Positions 24,036 through 35,054 of a stretch of 64,000 nt of DNA are shown here, piece by piece. A model generated the notes under the pieces. That model ran no database searches. It saw only the letters and a program-made list of their open reading frames with translations, and was not told the origin of the DNA. Positions within the stretch are counted from its first letter, which is position 1. Each line of letters starts with the position of its first letter. The translations under genes and the position numbers were made by a program. The stretch is from Tetramitus jugosus (Eukaryota; Protista; Heterolobosea): contig OW569368.1 of assembly GCA_937625935.1 (NCBI GenBank), positions 310,001-374,000 of the forward strand, read 5' to 3'.

Positions 24036-24605
24036 ATGATGGAAGACCAAGAAAACTATGATTACACTGCTGACTACGATCCCAGCAACAGTAGTTGTTC
24101 GGGATCCATGTTACCGGATGACCACTCGGCCAATTGTACCATGTCCACGATTGACATCAATACAGTCGTATTGACTCCAAAAAAGGTGAGAGCTCGGTCG
24201 TCCTCTTTTACCACTGCCTCAAGCTCCAATGGCATTCAAAAGAAGACACCTCAGAGATCTACTCTTCCTCGGTCCGTACTCACCTCGCCCAGAAGCTCCA
24301 CCAAGAAGACTGGTGGTCGATCAAGACAAACACCGTCCAGGATCATGAATCAAGTTGCAGATCAAGTGTGCAAGAAGATTGTTCGAAGAAAATTAGAGTT
24401 GGATGATGAGGATTTCTTGTGTAAGGAAACAGATGGAACTGTAAAGCTTTTGACGGGCGAGTCCGTGTTGGATCGGAATGGATGTGAATTGAAGATGGAT
24501 ATGGACATGACAGACCTACAAAAGAGATATATTATGCATGTCAAGGGTAGTGTTGTGGCGGGTGAAGGTCTCATGAATCAACTAAGCACTTTTTCATTGA
24601 ACTAA
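24036..24605 (+). CDS. Hypothetical Ser/Thr-rich basic protein
   Basis: ATG after a CA-rich leader; several S/T-P-x-K/R sites. Confidence 0.65.
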   Translation: MMEDQENYDYTADYDPSNSSCSGSMLPDDHSANCTMSTIDINTVVLTPKKVRARSSSFTTASSSNGIQKKTPQRSTLPRSVLTSPRSSTKKTGGRSRQTPSRIMNQVADQVCKKIVRRKLELDDEDFLCKETDGTVKLLTGESVLDRNGCELKMDMDMTDLQKRYIMHVKGSVVAGEGLMNQLSTFSLN

Positions 24606-24661
24606 TTTCGTCGCATGTAAATAAATGAGCCAAAGGAATACTTTGCGAAGAGGCCTCCCAT

Positions 24662-26533
24662 TTACTTATTGTACTTTTTGAACCTATTAAGGCTCTTGTC
24701 TGCATATCGTTTGTATTGTGAGATTGCTTGTTGCTCTGTTCTTGTTCCTTTGAATTGTTGTTGTTGGCTGTCCAGCGATATTCCATTAAGAAGCATTGTG
24801 ATCTTTGAGTCCCAGTAGGATCTCGTTGAAGATAGATCTCTTCTAGTAGCCTCGTTCAGTAAACGTCTGCACATCTCAATATTTAACGATGATTCAAATA
24901 TCCGACCAATGATGTCCGCTTTCAGCAAATTATCACTCACTAAATATGCGTTAATGACCAAGTTCGTATTCGGTGGATTCATTGCGAGTAATCCTTTAGG
25001 GGTTTGTTTGAGTTTCTCGATCAGTTCATCCATTTTCTTGATGTTGACTCGTTGTGCATAAATATTGAGCAAAGCATTGAGCAAAGGATAGTGATGTGAA
25101 AAGCCTCTTTCTTCTGCCATTTGCATCAACTTATCAACCATAACTAGATTGGAATTTTGTCCAAACTTCTTGATGAGAAGAACAAATGTCGAAGCATTTG
25201 GCTCAATACCAACTTGTTTCATCTCTGCCAACACTGAAAATAATTGTTGTGGATCCGAAACGGTAGATCCCCACTCTGATAGCATGATGTTATAGGAGAG
25301 AAGACTTAGCTTTCTCTGATTCTTCATTTTTTCAAAATATTGCATGCCCTGACTCGTTAAATCAATCAATCGATAAAAGAATAGCCGCATGATGACCGCA
25401 TCCAAAAACTCAAACGGCTCCAGCTTCACTAGGCGACAAAATCCGGAGAGAGTCTGCTTTGCACTGTCAATAAACTCCATCTTCTCATCGATCGTCAATG
25501 GCCTATAGATCGCGGTCTGTTCCATTCCTCTCAGCGAAATATTCACATAAACAGAGGACAGAAGCATCACAAATGCTTCCTTTATGCGCGTATTACCACC
25601 ATTTGCATACACTGATGCAAACTCTTCAAAATACTTGACCATCATGCTATAAAACATGTTGGACAGCTCTATGCGATGCTCCAAAGAGCGCAACACATGA
25701 AAACTGTGGATTTTGTCCCTCTCTGGAATGCTTTCCCTCTGAAAATTCAAACATTCAATACCCAACTCTCTGTACTTTTCCGCAAACTTGGACACTAGAA
25801 TATAGTATGTTTCTTCATTGAACTTTTTGAGTGGTTTCAAATTGTTTTCAAAATGAGAGACACATCGCTTGTATGTTTCAATCGACACGGAAATGACTCT
25901 CAAGTGTTCATTCTCAATTTGAATCATATCGATTGGCAGCATGTGATTCGATTCTTCATACTTGTTCTTGATAATGATATTGAACGACATGGATGTTCCT
26001 TGATCCTTGGTCTTGACAAAATAGTCATACAATTTCTTAATGACTTGACTCAATGGTACGCGATACATTTTGGACAATTGTTCCTTGCTCTGTTGATTGC
26101 GCTTTTGTTGATCAATAATCAATGCGAGAATACTTCTGAGATTGTTTTTTGCCACTTCAATTTGACCTGGTTCTCCCAACTCCATCTTTATCATTTTTTG
26201 CTGCAATTCCAATACTCTGTCATGTGATGGCTCTGCTGACGAAGCATTATGTTTTGTTGTTGTTGTTGTTGTTCGAGGTGGAGTGGAAGATGCAGAGAAT
26301 GATGATGCTGGTGAATCACCATTTGTTTGAGTGGTGCGAACCGAGGGGGTAGAGGAAAATGAAGACACTCGATTGTTCATCATCATCAGGGAACAGCGAT
26401 AATGAGATGATGTGCATTGATGGATATGAGTGAACAATTGTTGTTGTGTATTGCAATGAGAGGGTGTTGCTTGACCGACATTGTAGAGGAATCGAAGAGT
26501 TCTGGAGCGATAATGAGCCATGTGGTTCATCAT
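24662..26533 (-). CDS. Pentatricopeptide-repeat (PPR) protein, probably mitochondrial
   Basis: 35-aa repeats SYNIMLSEW...EMKQVGIEPN / ASTFVLLIKKFG... / LLNALLNIYAQ; the N-terminus is Arg/Ser-rich and acid-poor. Confidence 0.8.
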   Translation of the reverse strand: MMNHMAHYRSRTLRFLYNVGQATPSHCNTQQQLFTHIHQCTSSHYRCSLMMMNNRVSSFSSTPSVRTTQTNGDSPASSFSASSTPPRTTTTTTKHNASSAEPSHDRVLELQQKMIKMELGEPGQIEVAKNNLRSILALIIDQQKRNQQSKEQLSKMYRVPLSQVIKKLYDYFVKTKDQGTSMSFNIIIKNKYEESNHMLPIDMIQIENEHLRVISVSIETYKRCVSHFENNLKPLKKFNEETYYILVSKFAEKYRELGIECLNFQRESIPERDKIHSFHVLRSLEHRIELSNMFYSMMVKYFEEFASVYANGGNTRIKEAFVMLLSSVYVNISLRGMEQTAIYRPLTIDEKMEFIDSAKQTLSGFCRLVKLEPFEFLDAVIMRLFFYRLIDLTSQGMQYFEKMKNQRKLSLLSYNIMLSEWGSTVSDPQQLFSVLAEMKQVGIEPNASTFVLLIKKFGQNSNLVMVDKLMQMAEERGFSHHYPLLNALLNIYAQRVNIKKMDELIEKLKQTPKGLLAMNPPNTNLVINAYLVSDNLLKADIIGRIFESSLNIEMCRRLLNEATRRDLSSTRSYWDSKITMLLNGISLDSQQQQFKGTRTEQQAISQYKRYADKSLNRFKKYNK

Positions 26534-26737
26534 GATGAACTGAGAATGCTTTGTTGTTGTTTGGGATGTGTGAAATTTTTGGATCGGAAAAAATAAAAAC
26601 TCCTCAAATTCCTTTTGTAATACTTGGCGCCAAATATTTGTTCGTTCAAACACAAGAATTTTTTTCTTCACGAAATCAAACCAACGAAAAGAAAAAAACA
26701 CAAATACACCTATTTGATCAACGATATATACAACAAT

Positions 26738-28543
26738 ATGTCTTCAGTAACGAGCAAAGGCAGTACGTTGGAGTTTAAAAATATTTCTCTGGGTGGCAGA
26801 GTCGCAACTGTAAGTTTTACACACTATTATTTTATCCTGTGTTTCTTTTTTCGTTTGTCAGTGCTTACAGTGTATACAAATTTGAACTCTAGGTGTATGG
26901 TGTTTTAACGATCAGCGGTGAAGCTGATAAGGCATTCTCATGGAAAGCTCTCTCCACCAGTGGCGTCGAAGATGTCAAGAGAGATAAATTAAAGAGCTTG
27001 GATTGGATGTTTACGACAAGAGGCCACCAATTGAGAGTTTGGAAGGTGAATGATGAAGCTGTGGAGTTTGTTGGCTTTGAAGAAGAAGATTTTCAACGAC
27101 TCAACGCTTTCGTGATGACTTATTTCTCCGATCTGGGAGTCACGATGAGCAGTATCGATATCAATGCAGAGGGAAAGAATTGGGGAAAGCCAACATTTAA
27201 AGGTAAGTTTGAACACACGTTTTCATCATCAATGGTTGTCATTGTCTGTTGATTGATACTCACACATTCTCTCCATCGCAACAACAATAGGTAATTATAT
27301 GATATTCAAGGAGGGAGACCGAGAATCATTTGAAATTTCATTACCAGACGTGAAAAATGCTCAAAAGCTCGCAAAGAATAGTGAATTGATATTGGAGTTC
27401 CATGACGATGATACCGCTTCGAAAACTGATGATTGTCTCGTTGAATTGCGCTTGATCGTGCCGGATGCAGCAAGCAATGAAGACGCCGATGACAACGAAG
27501 AAGATGGTGAAATTATGACTGTAGACTCGATTCACAAAACAATTCTCAATAAGGCAGAGATCGCAACTGATACAGGTGAAGCCATTGCCACCTTTTCCAA
27601 CTTGTCGTTTGTTACGCCTAGAGGTACATACAATGTGGATCTGTACCGAAAGTTCTTGAGATTGCATGGTCGGACATATGCGTTCAAAATTCTGTACAAA
27701 TCGATAAGCACACTATTTTTATTGCCAAAGCCAGGTGGTACACACATGTATTTTGTAATTAGTTTGGATACTCCAATTAGACAAGGTCAGAAACCTTATC
27801 CACACTTGGTGCTGAATTTTGCAAAATCCGACAATTTCGACAAGGATGAACCTCTTGCACTGAAGATGGACAAGAAGGAAATCGAAGAAAAGTATAAGGA
27901 TAAGAATCTGAAGAGAAAGATGGATGGTCCAGTGTTTGAAGTTGTTGCCAAAGTGTTCAGAGCTCTAACAGGTAGAAAATTGATTGGTGCTGGTAAGTTT
28001 AGCAACTACAGTAGTGATAAGGCCATCAAGTGCTCATACAAGGCTTTCGAAGGATGCTTGTTCTTCTTGGAAAAGAGCATCTTCTTCTTGCACAAGCCAA
28101 CCATCTATGTGAGACATGAGGAGATCAAGTCTTTGAAGTTTCAAAGAGCAGACAGTCGTGCTGGAGGATCAAGATTCTTCGATCTGGCTGTGATATTGAA
28201 GGCTGGTGGCAAGCCACACATCTTCTCAAATATCAATAAGAACGAATATGAAGGCTTAGTCGAGTTCATTCAACAGAAGGGTTTGGTCATTGATAACATT
28301 ATCCAACAACAGAGCGTTCCAGATTATACGGATGATAATGATGATAGCGATGAAGATGATGATGACTTCGCTGCTGAAGATGTCAACGAAGAAGAGGATG
28401 ACGCAGAGTTTGAGATGTACACCACGAGCACCCAAGCAAGTGAAGAAGTTGCAGACGGCGGAGATGGAACAAGAGGAGAAAAGAGAAAAGCTTCTTCTTC
28501 CGGTGAAGATGGCGAGAAGACCGCCAAGAAACCAAAGAAGTAA
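26738..28543 (+). CDS. SSRP1: FACT complex subunit SSRP1/Pob3; exons 26738-26809, 26893-27202, 27291-28543
   Basis: GKNWG, LEFHDDD, TPRGTYNVDLY..FLRLHGRTY, PIRQGQKPYPHLV, FFLHKPT, acidic tail; introns 26810-26892 and 27203-27290. Confidence 0.93.
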
Positions 28544-28865
28544 AGATCCAATCAATTTGAACGACCGTTTCTTTCGTAAACAAAAAAGCTGTTGCAGATA
28601 TCTGGCAGGCGGGAGCTTCCGCAGACATTCCCGCATGCCATGACGCGTCATTTGGGGGTATTGACCATGGGGTTTTTACACACTGACCACCGGGTTATCT
28701 CTGTGAGGACCTTGCGCAGATTCTCAACACCGAAACGACCGATAACAACACCATTAAAACAATTTCACAAGCTACAGCTACAGATTTTCATCTCAATATC
28801 GTGTTCACCACCACGATAACAACAACCACCATATCAACACATAAAACACATAAAACACAAAGAAA

Positions 28866-29864
28866 ATGAAGAGAATACTGTCTATTGACACTGAGGCTGG
28901 TAGTTTCGTCTCCACGCAGAACATGCCCATCTCTCCCATTGTTGCCTATGCCAATCAACAACAACCACCTCAACAACAACAAAACAACAACAACCAACAT
29001 CATTCATGGTTCGATAGTGCAAACCTTACATCTTCTGCTTCTGACCAACAACAACATGAAGAAGACACAACAAGCAAAACAACGAGTGGTACACTGCAGA
29101 CAACAGAACGAAAAAAGTACTATACGAGGTGCCCCTGTGGTATTCACTTGCATGTCATGAATGGCAACATTGATGGTGAAGAGTACGTACCATCTACATT
29201 GGAAGAGCTCGCCAATGTGATCACTCATTTCATTCCTGCTATTCTCTCCTTTGTCATCTTGCCATCGGTTTTTAAGCTCGTGGCCAACACACCAAGAGAA
29301 CAATTTTCTGCTTATATTTATGGTGGTTGTTGCACATTGTTGTTCTCTGTGAGCACATTGTATCACATGAGTGGACTCATATTTGGTAAGGAGTCAAAAG
29401 TGAATGAATTTTTCTTAAAGTTGGACATGACCACAATTTTTGCGTTTATTGCTGCAAGTTATACTCCATGGGGCTTGTTGATTGATGTCGGTGCAGACAA
29501 TGTCTATGGTCGCTCCATGATCACATTCATATGGCTGTTTGCAGTGTTGGGAACCCTGAAAAATCTAGTGGGAATTTTGCCCAATGTTCCCAGTCTGTAT
29601 GTGTACTTGGGAATGGGTTGGATGAGTGCTGTTTATATCATTGCTCTCGTTGTGCTTACCATGGGTAATTTTATAGAAAAGAGTCCAAACATGTGGGGCA
29701 TTGCTGAGATTTTTATTGGAGGATTGCTCTATAATATTGGTACAATGGTGTTTAAGATGGATGGAAAGCTGCCGTTTGCTCATGCGATATGGCACATATT
29801 TGTCGTGTTGGCTGCAGCGACTCATCTCCACGCAGTGATTGTGCATGTCATGTGTTTGGAGTAG
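28866..29864 (+). CDS. PAQR / hemolysin-III family 7-TM protein (MMD-like)
   Basis: EELANVITH, STLYH, DMTTIFAFIAASYTPW, YLGMGW, HAIWHIFV...H motifs. Confidence 0.92.
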   Translation: MKRILSIDTEAGSFVSTQNMPISPIVAYANQQQPPQQQQNNNNQHHSWFDSANLTSSASDQQQHEEDTTSKTTSGTLQTTERKKYYTRCPCGIHLHVMNGNIDGEEYVPSTLEELANVITHFIPAILSFVILPSVFKLVANTPREQFSAYIYGGCCTLLFSVSTLYHMSGLIFGKESKVNEFFLKLDMTTIFAFIAASYTPWGLLIDVGADNVYGRSMITFIWLFAVLGTLKNLVGILPNVPSLYVYLGMGWMSAVYIIALVVLTMGNFIEKSPNMWGIAEIFIGGLLYNIGTMVFKMDGKLPFAHAIWHIFVVLAAATHLHAVIVHVMCLE

Positions 29865-30065
29865 GAGGAAAATTGAATTTGACAGTTGTTGTGACTGTGC
29901 ATGAATGTCTTCTTGAGAACTCTAACAAGTGATCTGAGACGCGTGCATAGGCTCCAAAAGAATAAACAATCAACAATCCCTTTCATTGTATTGGCAGGAG
30001 CTACAATTCCAGCAAAAAATGGAATTGGATGTTTGTGTGTTGGAGCGCCATAGAAAAAGAAGTTC

Positions 30066-31766
30066 ATGAAAAGAGGCACCAACACAAGCAACAATCTTGT
30101 TTTGCGTTTGTTGCAACGTCAAGTGTTACCCCACCCAAGAAATCCTGAGCATCACCATCACCACGGTCATACTCTCCTATCACTTGATGCGTCAAGAAAT
30201 GATGTATTTAGTGGCAGTGTTCCTCCCCAATGCAAAATTCCATTGTCCCTGATTGAAGATGAAAAATTGTGGATCAGAAAGACTGTAATTCTGGGATTTA
30301 GTCACTGTTGTTGTTTCTTATTGTCTTATGCTATATTGAGCACTGAGGAATATGGACAAATGATTAAAGCTCTTTTCAGTGAGAATCCAGCGACACAACA
30401 GCAGCAACAGCAGGATGTACTTGCAGCGATGCAACAGGAAGTATTGACCTATCAGCATTTGAGTGATCAAGTGTACATTGCAGGTGAGGATGAAGAACTA
30501 GAGCTGTACATGGCGTCTCTACACAGTGAAGAACCGGATGAGGCTGCTGCAATGCTCAGGCAACGACCATCTCAATTGAATCATTTTGTGTTTGTATATT
30601 GGAAGTTTGACTTGGATAGACGCTTGAAATTGAGTCACATTGTGCCCATGATTGGTCAACCTGTGCGACAAGTCGAAGGGATACCGCGTGAGTTGTCTCT
30701 TTGTCGAGAGGAGAGCAACGACGAAGAAATGACGAGAACGCGGTTGAATGAGCTGAGTCACAACATGTTTTCGCACATCTCTAGATCTGCTCTTTTCAAA
30801 AGCGTGGCCAATGGAGCAATGAACTGTTCACTGCACATTCAAACAACGGAATCAGTCGATTCACCGCTATTTTATAATTATTTGTTCTGTGATATTGATG
30901 AGCAAGAGAGGAGACACATCTTGTCCATCATGCCATCTCCCATTGGTTCTCACTGTAGAGGTGTTGATAGTCTATGGGGTATTATTATCGAGTTCAATAC
31001 TAATTTTCCTCACCCCACTCCTTTCGATCCAACCAAGTGTGTAGTGACCGCAGACACCACCTCTGATCGGAATAGTAGTGTTCTTGCACGTGAAATTATT
31101 TGCATTCCGAACGCAAATTGTATTGATGTTATTTGTTACGATGTTATACGGAATGACGACGGCTCGACCGATAAGCAAAGGCAGAACACTACGTTCAAGG
31201 ATTTTAACGTAGGACCGAACGAAGTCATATTTCAAGAGGGTCCGAGTGGTTTTACATACAAATTTGAAGTTCTCTTTCAGAAGTACAGGGAAGCAACAGA
31301 GAATGGACCCTATATTTGCTTAAGAATAGTTTCGAACAATCATTTGAATATTGAGGTATTTCTGAATAATCTCCTCGCAGATAACGAAAGGTTGGTCGAC
31401 TATGACTATAGAATCACGAAGAAACTAGAGTATAACGAAATATTTGTGATTATTGTTGCTGATTTTATCACTAAGCAGGCCGCGAGAACACATAATAGGC
31501 TCATTCTGTACACGATCATGGATCTTCAGAGGAACTGCATAAAAGTTGTACTGAAACAGAGGATTACTCTCCCCAAACAGAAAGTGGATTTGGTTGCCTT
31601 CACGAGGCAGATTCAATTCAAACTCAACAGAGCGGACTTTCGATTGATGTCTCGAACTCGAACGCCAAAAACTTACACCAACGAGAATATCTTTCAAAAG
31701 AGCGAATCCATGCCGTATTTTGTCCACCCATTCACTCCAGTAGCAATCTTATCACCTAACACGTAA
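30066..31766 (+). CDS. DCAF15: DDB1- and CUL4-associated factor 15-like substrate receptor
   Basis: VPPQCKIPLSLIEDE...ILGFSHCCCFLLSY and VYWKFDLDRRLKL resemble the DCAF15 N-terminus; C-terminal YTNE.....S....HPFTPVAIL. Confidence 0.6.
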   Translation: MKRGTNTSNNLVLRLLQRQVLPHPRNPEHHHHHGHTLLSLDASRNDVFSGSVPPQCKIPLSLIEDEKLWIRKTVILGFSHCCCFLLSYAILSTEEYGQMIKALFSENPATQQQQQQDVLAAMQQEVLTYQHLSDQVYIAGEDEELELYMASLHSEEPDEAAAMLRQRPSQLNHFVFVYWKFDLDRRLKLSHIVPMIGQPVRQVEGIPRELSLCREESNDEEMTRTRLNELSHNMFSHISRSALFKSVANGAMNCSLHIQTTESVDSPLFYNYLFCDIDEQERRHILSIMPSPIGSHCRGVDSLWGIIIEFNTNFPHPTPFDPTKCVVTADTTSDRNSSVLAREIICIPNANCIDVICYDVIRNDDGSTDKQRQNTTFKDFNVGPNEVIFQEGPSGFTYKFEVLFQKYREATENGPYICLRIVSNNHLNIEVFLNNLLADNERLVDYDYRITKKLEYNEIFVIIVADFITKQAARTHNRLILYTIMDLQRNCIKVVLKQRITLPKQKVDLVAFTRQIQFKLNRADFRLMSRTRTPKTYTNENIFQKSESMPYFVHPFTPVAILSPNT

Positions 31767-31805
31767 TAATAATATGGACTTCAGTAATAGAAGTAAATTT
31801 TAATT

Positions 31806-34800
31806 CTACTTGTAGTCAAAGCGGACCTTAAGTAGATATCGGATCTTGATCTGAGATATGTCATACACGATCATCTCATCATACAGCAAACTGCTTCCTC
31901 TAACTGGAGCATTTACTCCCTCTCCCAATGGAACAACGACCTTTTCCTTGACCTTCTGTGAGCAACTGTCAATCAGAATTGTGCTTGCTGGATTTGGTGT
32001 AGTTCTACCCTTACCCCAGGTGGATTGTTTGCATGGCTTCATATTTTGAAGTTGCTCTGGTGTGACAAATTCTGCGCCCAACCTCTCATACATATCACCC
32101 AGTACGACTTCAGACAAGATCAAGATACCAACATTGTTCTCGCGTGTTGTGAAGCAATAGTTTGCAGATTTAGATGACATGTTAGCAAAGTAAACACCCT
32201 TACCAAACATGTAACCTGTGACTGGTGCTTCAGGAGGTGCAATACGCAAACCTTGACTGAGGATACCAGTCCAATTTGTAATTCTCGAACCGTGCCATAA
32301 GAGCATTCTATTACCAACATCATTCCACTGCTCAAACTTCTCCTGTTCACCCTCCCTATCAACAGCAAATACATCCATTAATTGCAAGGAATATGCACGA
32401 TGAGTTGAAGCGTGAGTGTTTTGTAGATAGGTGTTGACCATTGTGTACTCGTCTTGGTCTTTGTTCAATGGTTGCAGACTAGTCTTCAACGCCTTGTAGT
32501 GATTGTCGATTGGATTGGCTTCAGGATTGGATTCTACATCAACCAATGTTGTTGCAACCTCCATCTCCAACAATGTTTCCACCATTTCTAGCTTTTCTTT
32601 CAAGATTTGTTCATTGTCAATGACAGTGATACCCTCAGGACCGAAAACATGTGGAACAATCGTATAGAACTTGTTCGATAGTTCCAAGAACTTTTGGCGA
32701 TATGGTGCTTTTCGTGCCAACTCTGGTATCTTCGTTACCTCGACAGGAGGTTGTTGAGAGGACTGAGAGGACTGAGAAGGTTGAGAAGGTTGAGACACTT
32801 GAGAGGCACGATCTTTTTCTTTCTCTTCGTCCTTTGTGTGTTCTGTCTTGATTGCTTCTGTGTTTGTTGCTGTTCCTTCATCGCCCATTGTTACATCTTC
32901 TTCTTGTTCTGCTGATGCCGATGCCTCTTGTTCTTTTTTGATGTTCCTCTCTTCCTCTTCTCGTTTTTCCTTTTCCACTTGTTCCTGTGCCTCCTTTTGT
33001 TTTTGCTCTTGCTCTATCTGTTGAACTGAGCTTAACAACTGTGAGAGTTCATTTAAAGCTGAGAATCCCTCCATTAAATTCTTCTTGGATAACTTACCAA
33101 GAGGCATTTTGGTGGTATCAATTTCCATCTGCTTTAAAGTTTGATCAAACTGTTTTACATCAAAAATAAGTCTAATCAACTCGCGAGTACGTGGATCCAG
33201 AGAGCCCTTGTACTCTACAGCTTGCTGTTCATCGGACAATAAACCAGCAGGTCCCTTATCGGCATCATCTGCGTAATCGACCTCCACAGGGAACATTTTA
33301 CCAGGTTGTTTGCGGAACTCTCTTCTGTTTTCCCATTCTACACCTGTTTGCTTTTCATAGAGGGTTTCGAATTGATATTTTGCATCACCTAGATCACTCT
33401 CATACTCGTTGAGCAACTGACCGCCAATATGATCATCACCCACTCGACCCCATTTTCTAAATACATAGTACTTTTTCTTATGATCGTGCGCTAGCAATTG
33501 TATAATATAGTACGAGTTTCTATTCTTTTGAATATCAACCTTGTTCAAGTTCACTGACCAAATGTTAAACTTATCACCTCCTTCGTCATAAACATGTAAT
33601 TCATCGCCATTCTCAACTTCTTCATGTACAGCAGCTCTTCCCTTAATCCTAATCTTTCTTGCTTTTTTGTTTGGCCTTTCATCTTCAGCGACTTCTCCGC
33701 CCTCTTCGTGCTCAAGACCCCTCTTCACAATCTGCTTTCTTCCTTCAGGTTTAAACAGACAAAATACTTGTCTTTCTTCCTCAGAAAACTTTCTTTCTTG
33801 TTCGGCACTTTGTTGAATAAAATCTTCATCCATGATAGGGATTCCAATCTTCTTGGCTGCCTTGATCTTGCCCGTATCTTTAGCATACTCGTTTGGTGAT
33901 GCAATCAAAAAATCAACGGTATTATCAACTGAAGAAGAAAAACGAGCTCCGTTCTCCTGAATAAGATCCTTTAGCTCTGTATGAATTGTACTCAATTTCC
34001 CAGAGAAGGCAATTGTGTAACCTCCAAGTGGTTTCTGCAAGTCTTCTTCAGAAAACTTGATCTCTTCTTCCTCTTCTTTCTTCTCTTCATCACCAGTTTG
34101 GCTTGGCTCAGCCACTTGTCTATTAGGTACGTAATCACACTTTTGGTGCTTCTTAAACTCATAATTGTTCATGTAATTAGTTTCCCAATCAATATCAGGC
34201 ATCTCCCATTCTTCTAGGTTCAATTCATCCACAGATGCACTATAGCTACAATTTCCCCATTCTGTCTTTCCTGAGCACTTGTATCTGCCATTGAAATAGG
34301 ACAAGTGACCACCTTCACAACCATCTTGACCACAAGTGGGAAGCTTTCCAAATAACAAACCAAATGCACTGCGATCAATAATCTTGCTCTCACCTCCATT
34401 TGTTGGTTGATCATTGAACTCCAACATTTCCTTCAAACTCCTCAAGTCTTCCTTCTTGAGTTGGTCCTTGACCTTCCATATCATTTCTGATTCTTCCATG
34501 TAGGCCTTGTACTTTGGATCTTGATTTTCCTCACTACCGCCATCAGCAGATGATGAAGAAGAAGCAGTGCCTGATGAACCACCCATGAATTCCTGAATTT
34601 CCTTTTGATCACTTGGCTTCAAATTCTCAATACCCCACACTGGTCTGCTCTTTTTCTTAAACTCTTGGGTCTTCTTGGTGTCCTTCTTGAATGCTGTCCA
34701 GGCGTGCCACACTGGCTGCGTACCGTCAAACCTTTTGGATTGAATGAGAACGGCAATACGAAGAGCACCCTAAATGAACGAAAATGAGGGAGTTGATTTT

Positions 34801-34926
34801 CACACTGGACCAGGAACTGGATTGAGAGAAACAACAAATAGGTACCTTTGGAATGGATTTTTTTGTGATCGTACAGGTGGACCTGTTCGATTTTGCATAC
34901 TCTACCTGATAGTCTCCCACTTGCAT
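31806..34926 (-). CDS. PARP1: Poly(ADP-ribose) polymerase 1-like (degenerate zf-PARP, PADR1, BRCT, WGR, regulatory and catalytic domains); exons 34926-34846, 34769-31806
   Basis: VEYAKSNRSTC, PADR1 CxxxxC...C...C, BRCT, RKWGRVG, KMPLGKLSK, LLWHGSR, GYMFGKGVYFA..SKSANY, LLYDEMIVY (H-Y-E triad); intron 34770-34845. Confidence 0.92.
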
Positions 34927-35054
34927 GTTTCGACAATAAATAAAAATGTTGGTTTTGTTTGTCTTGTTTGTTTTTCAGCAGCACACAGGAAGTTGATCAA
35001 GGGAAGTATTTTCTGGAATTGTCGGAGTTTATTGGAGCTCGGCAGGCCGAGTGT

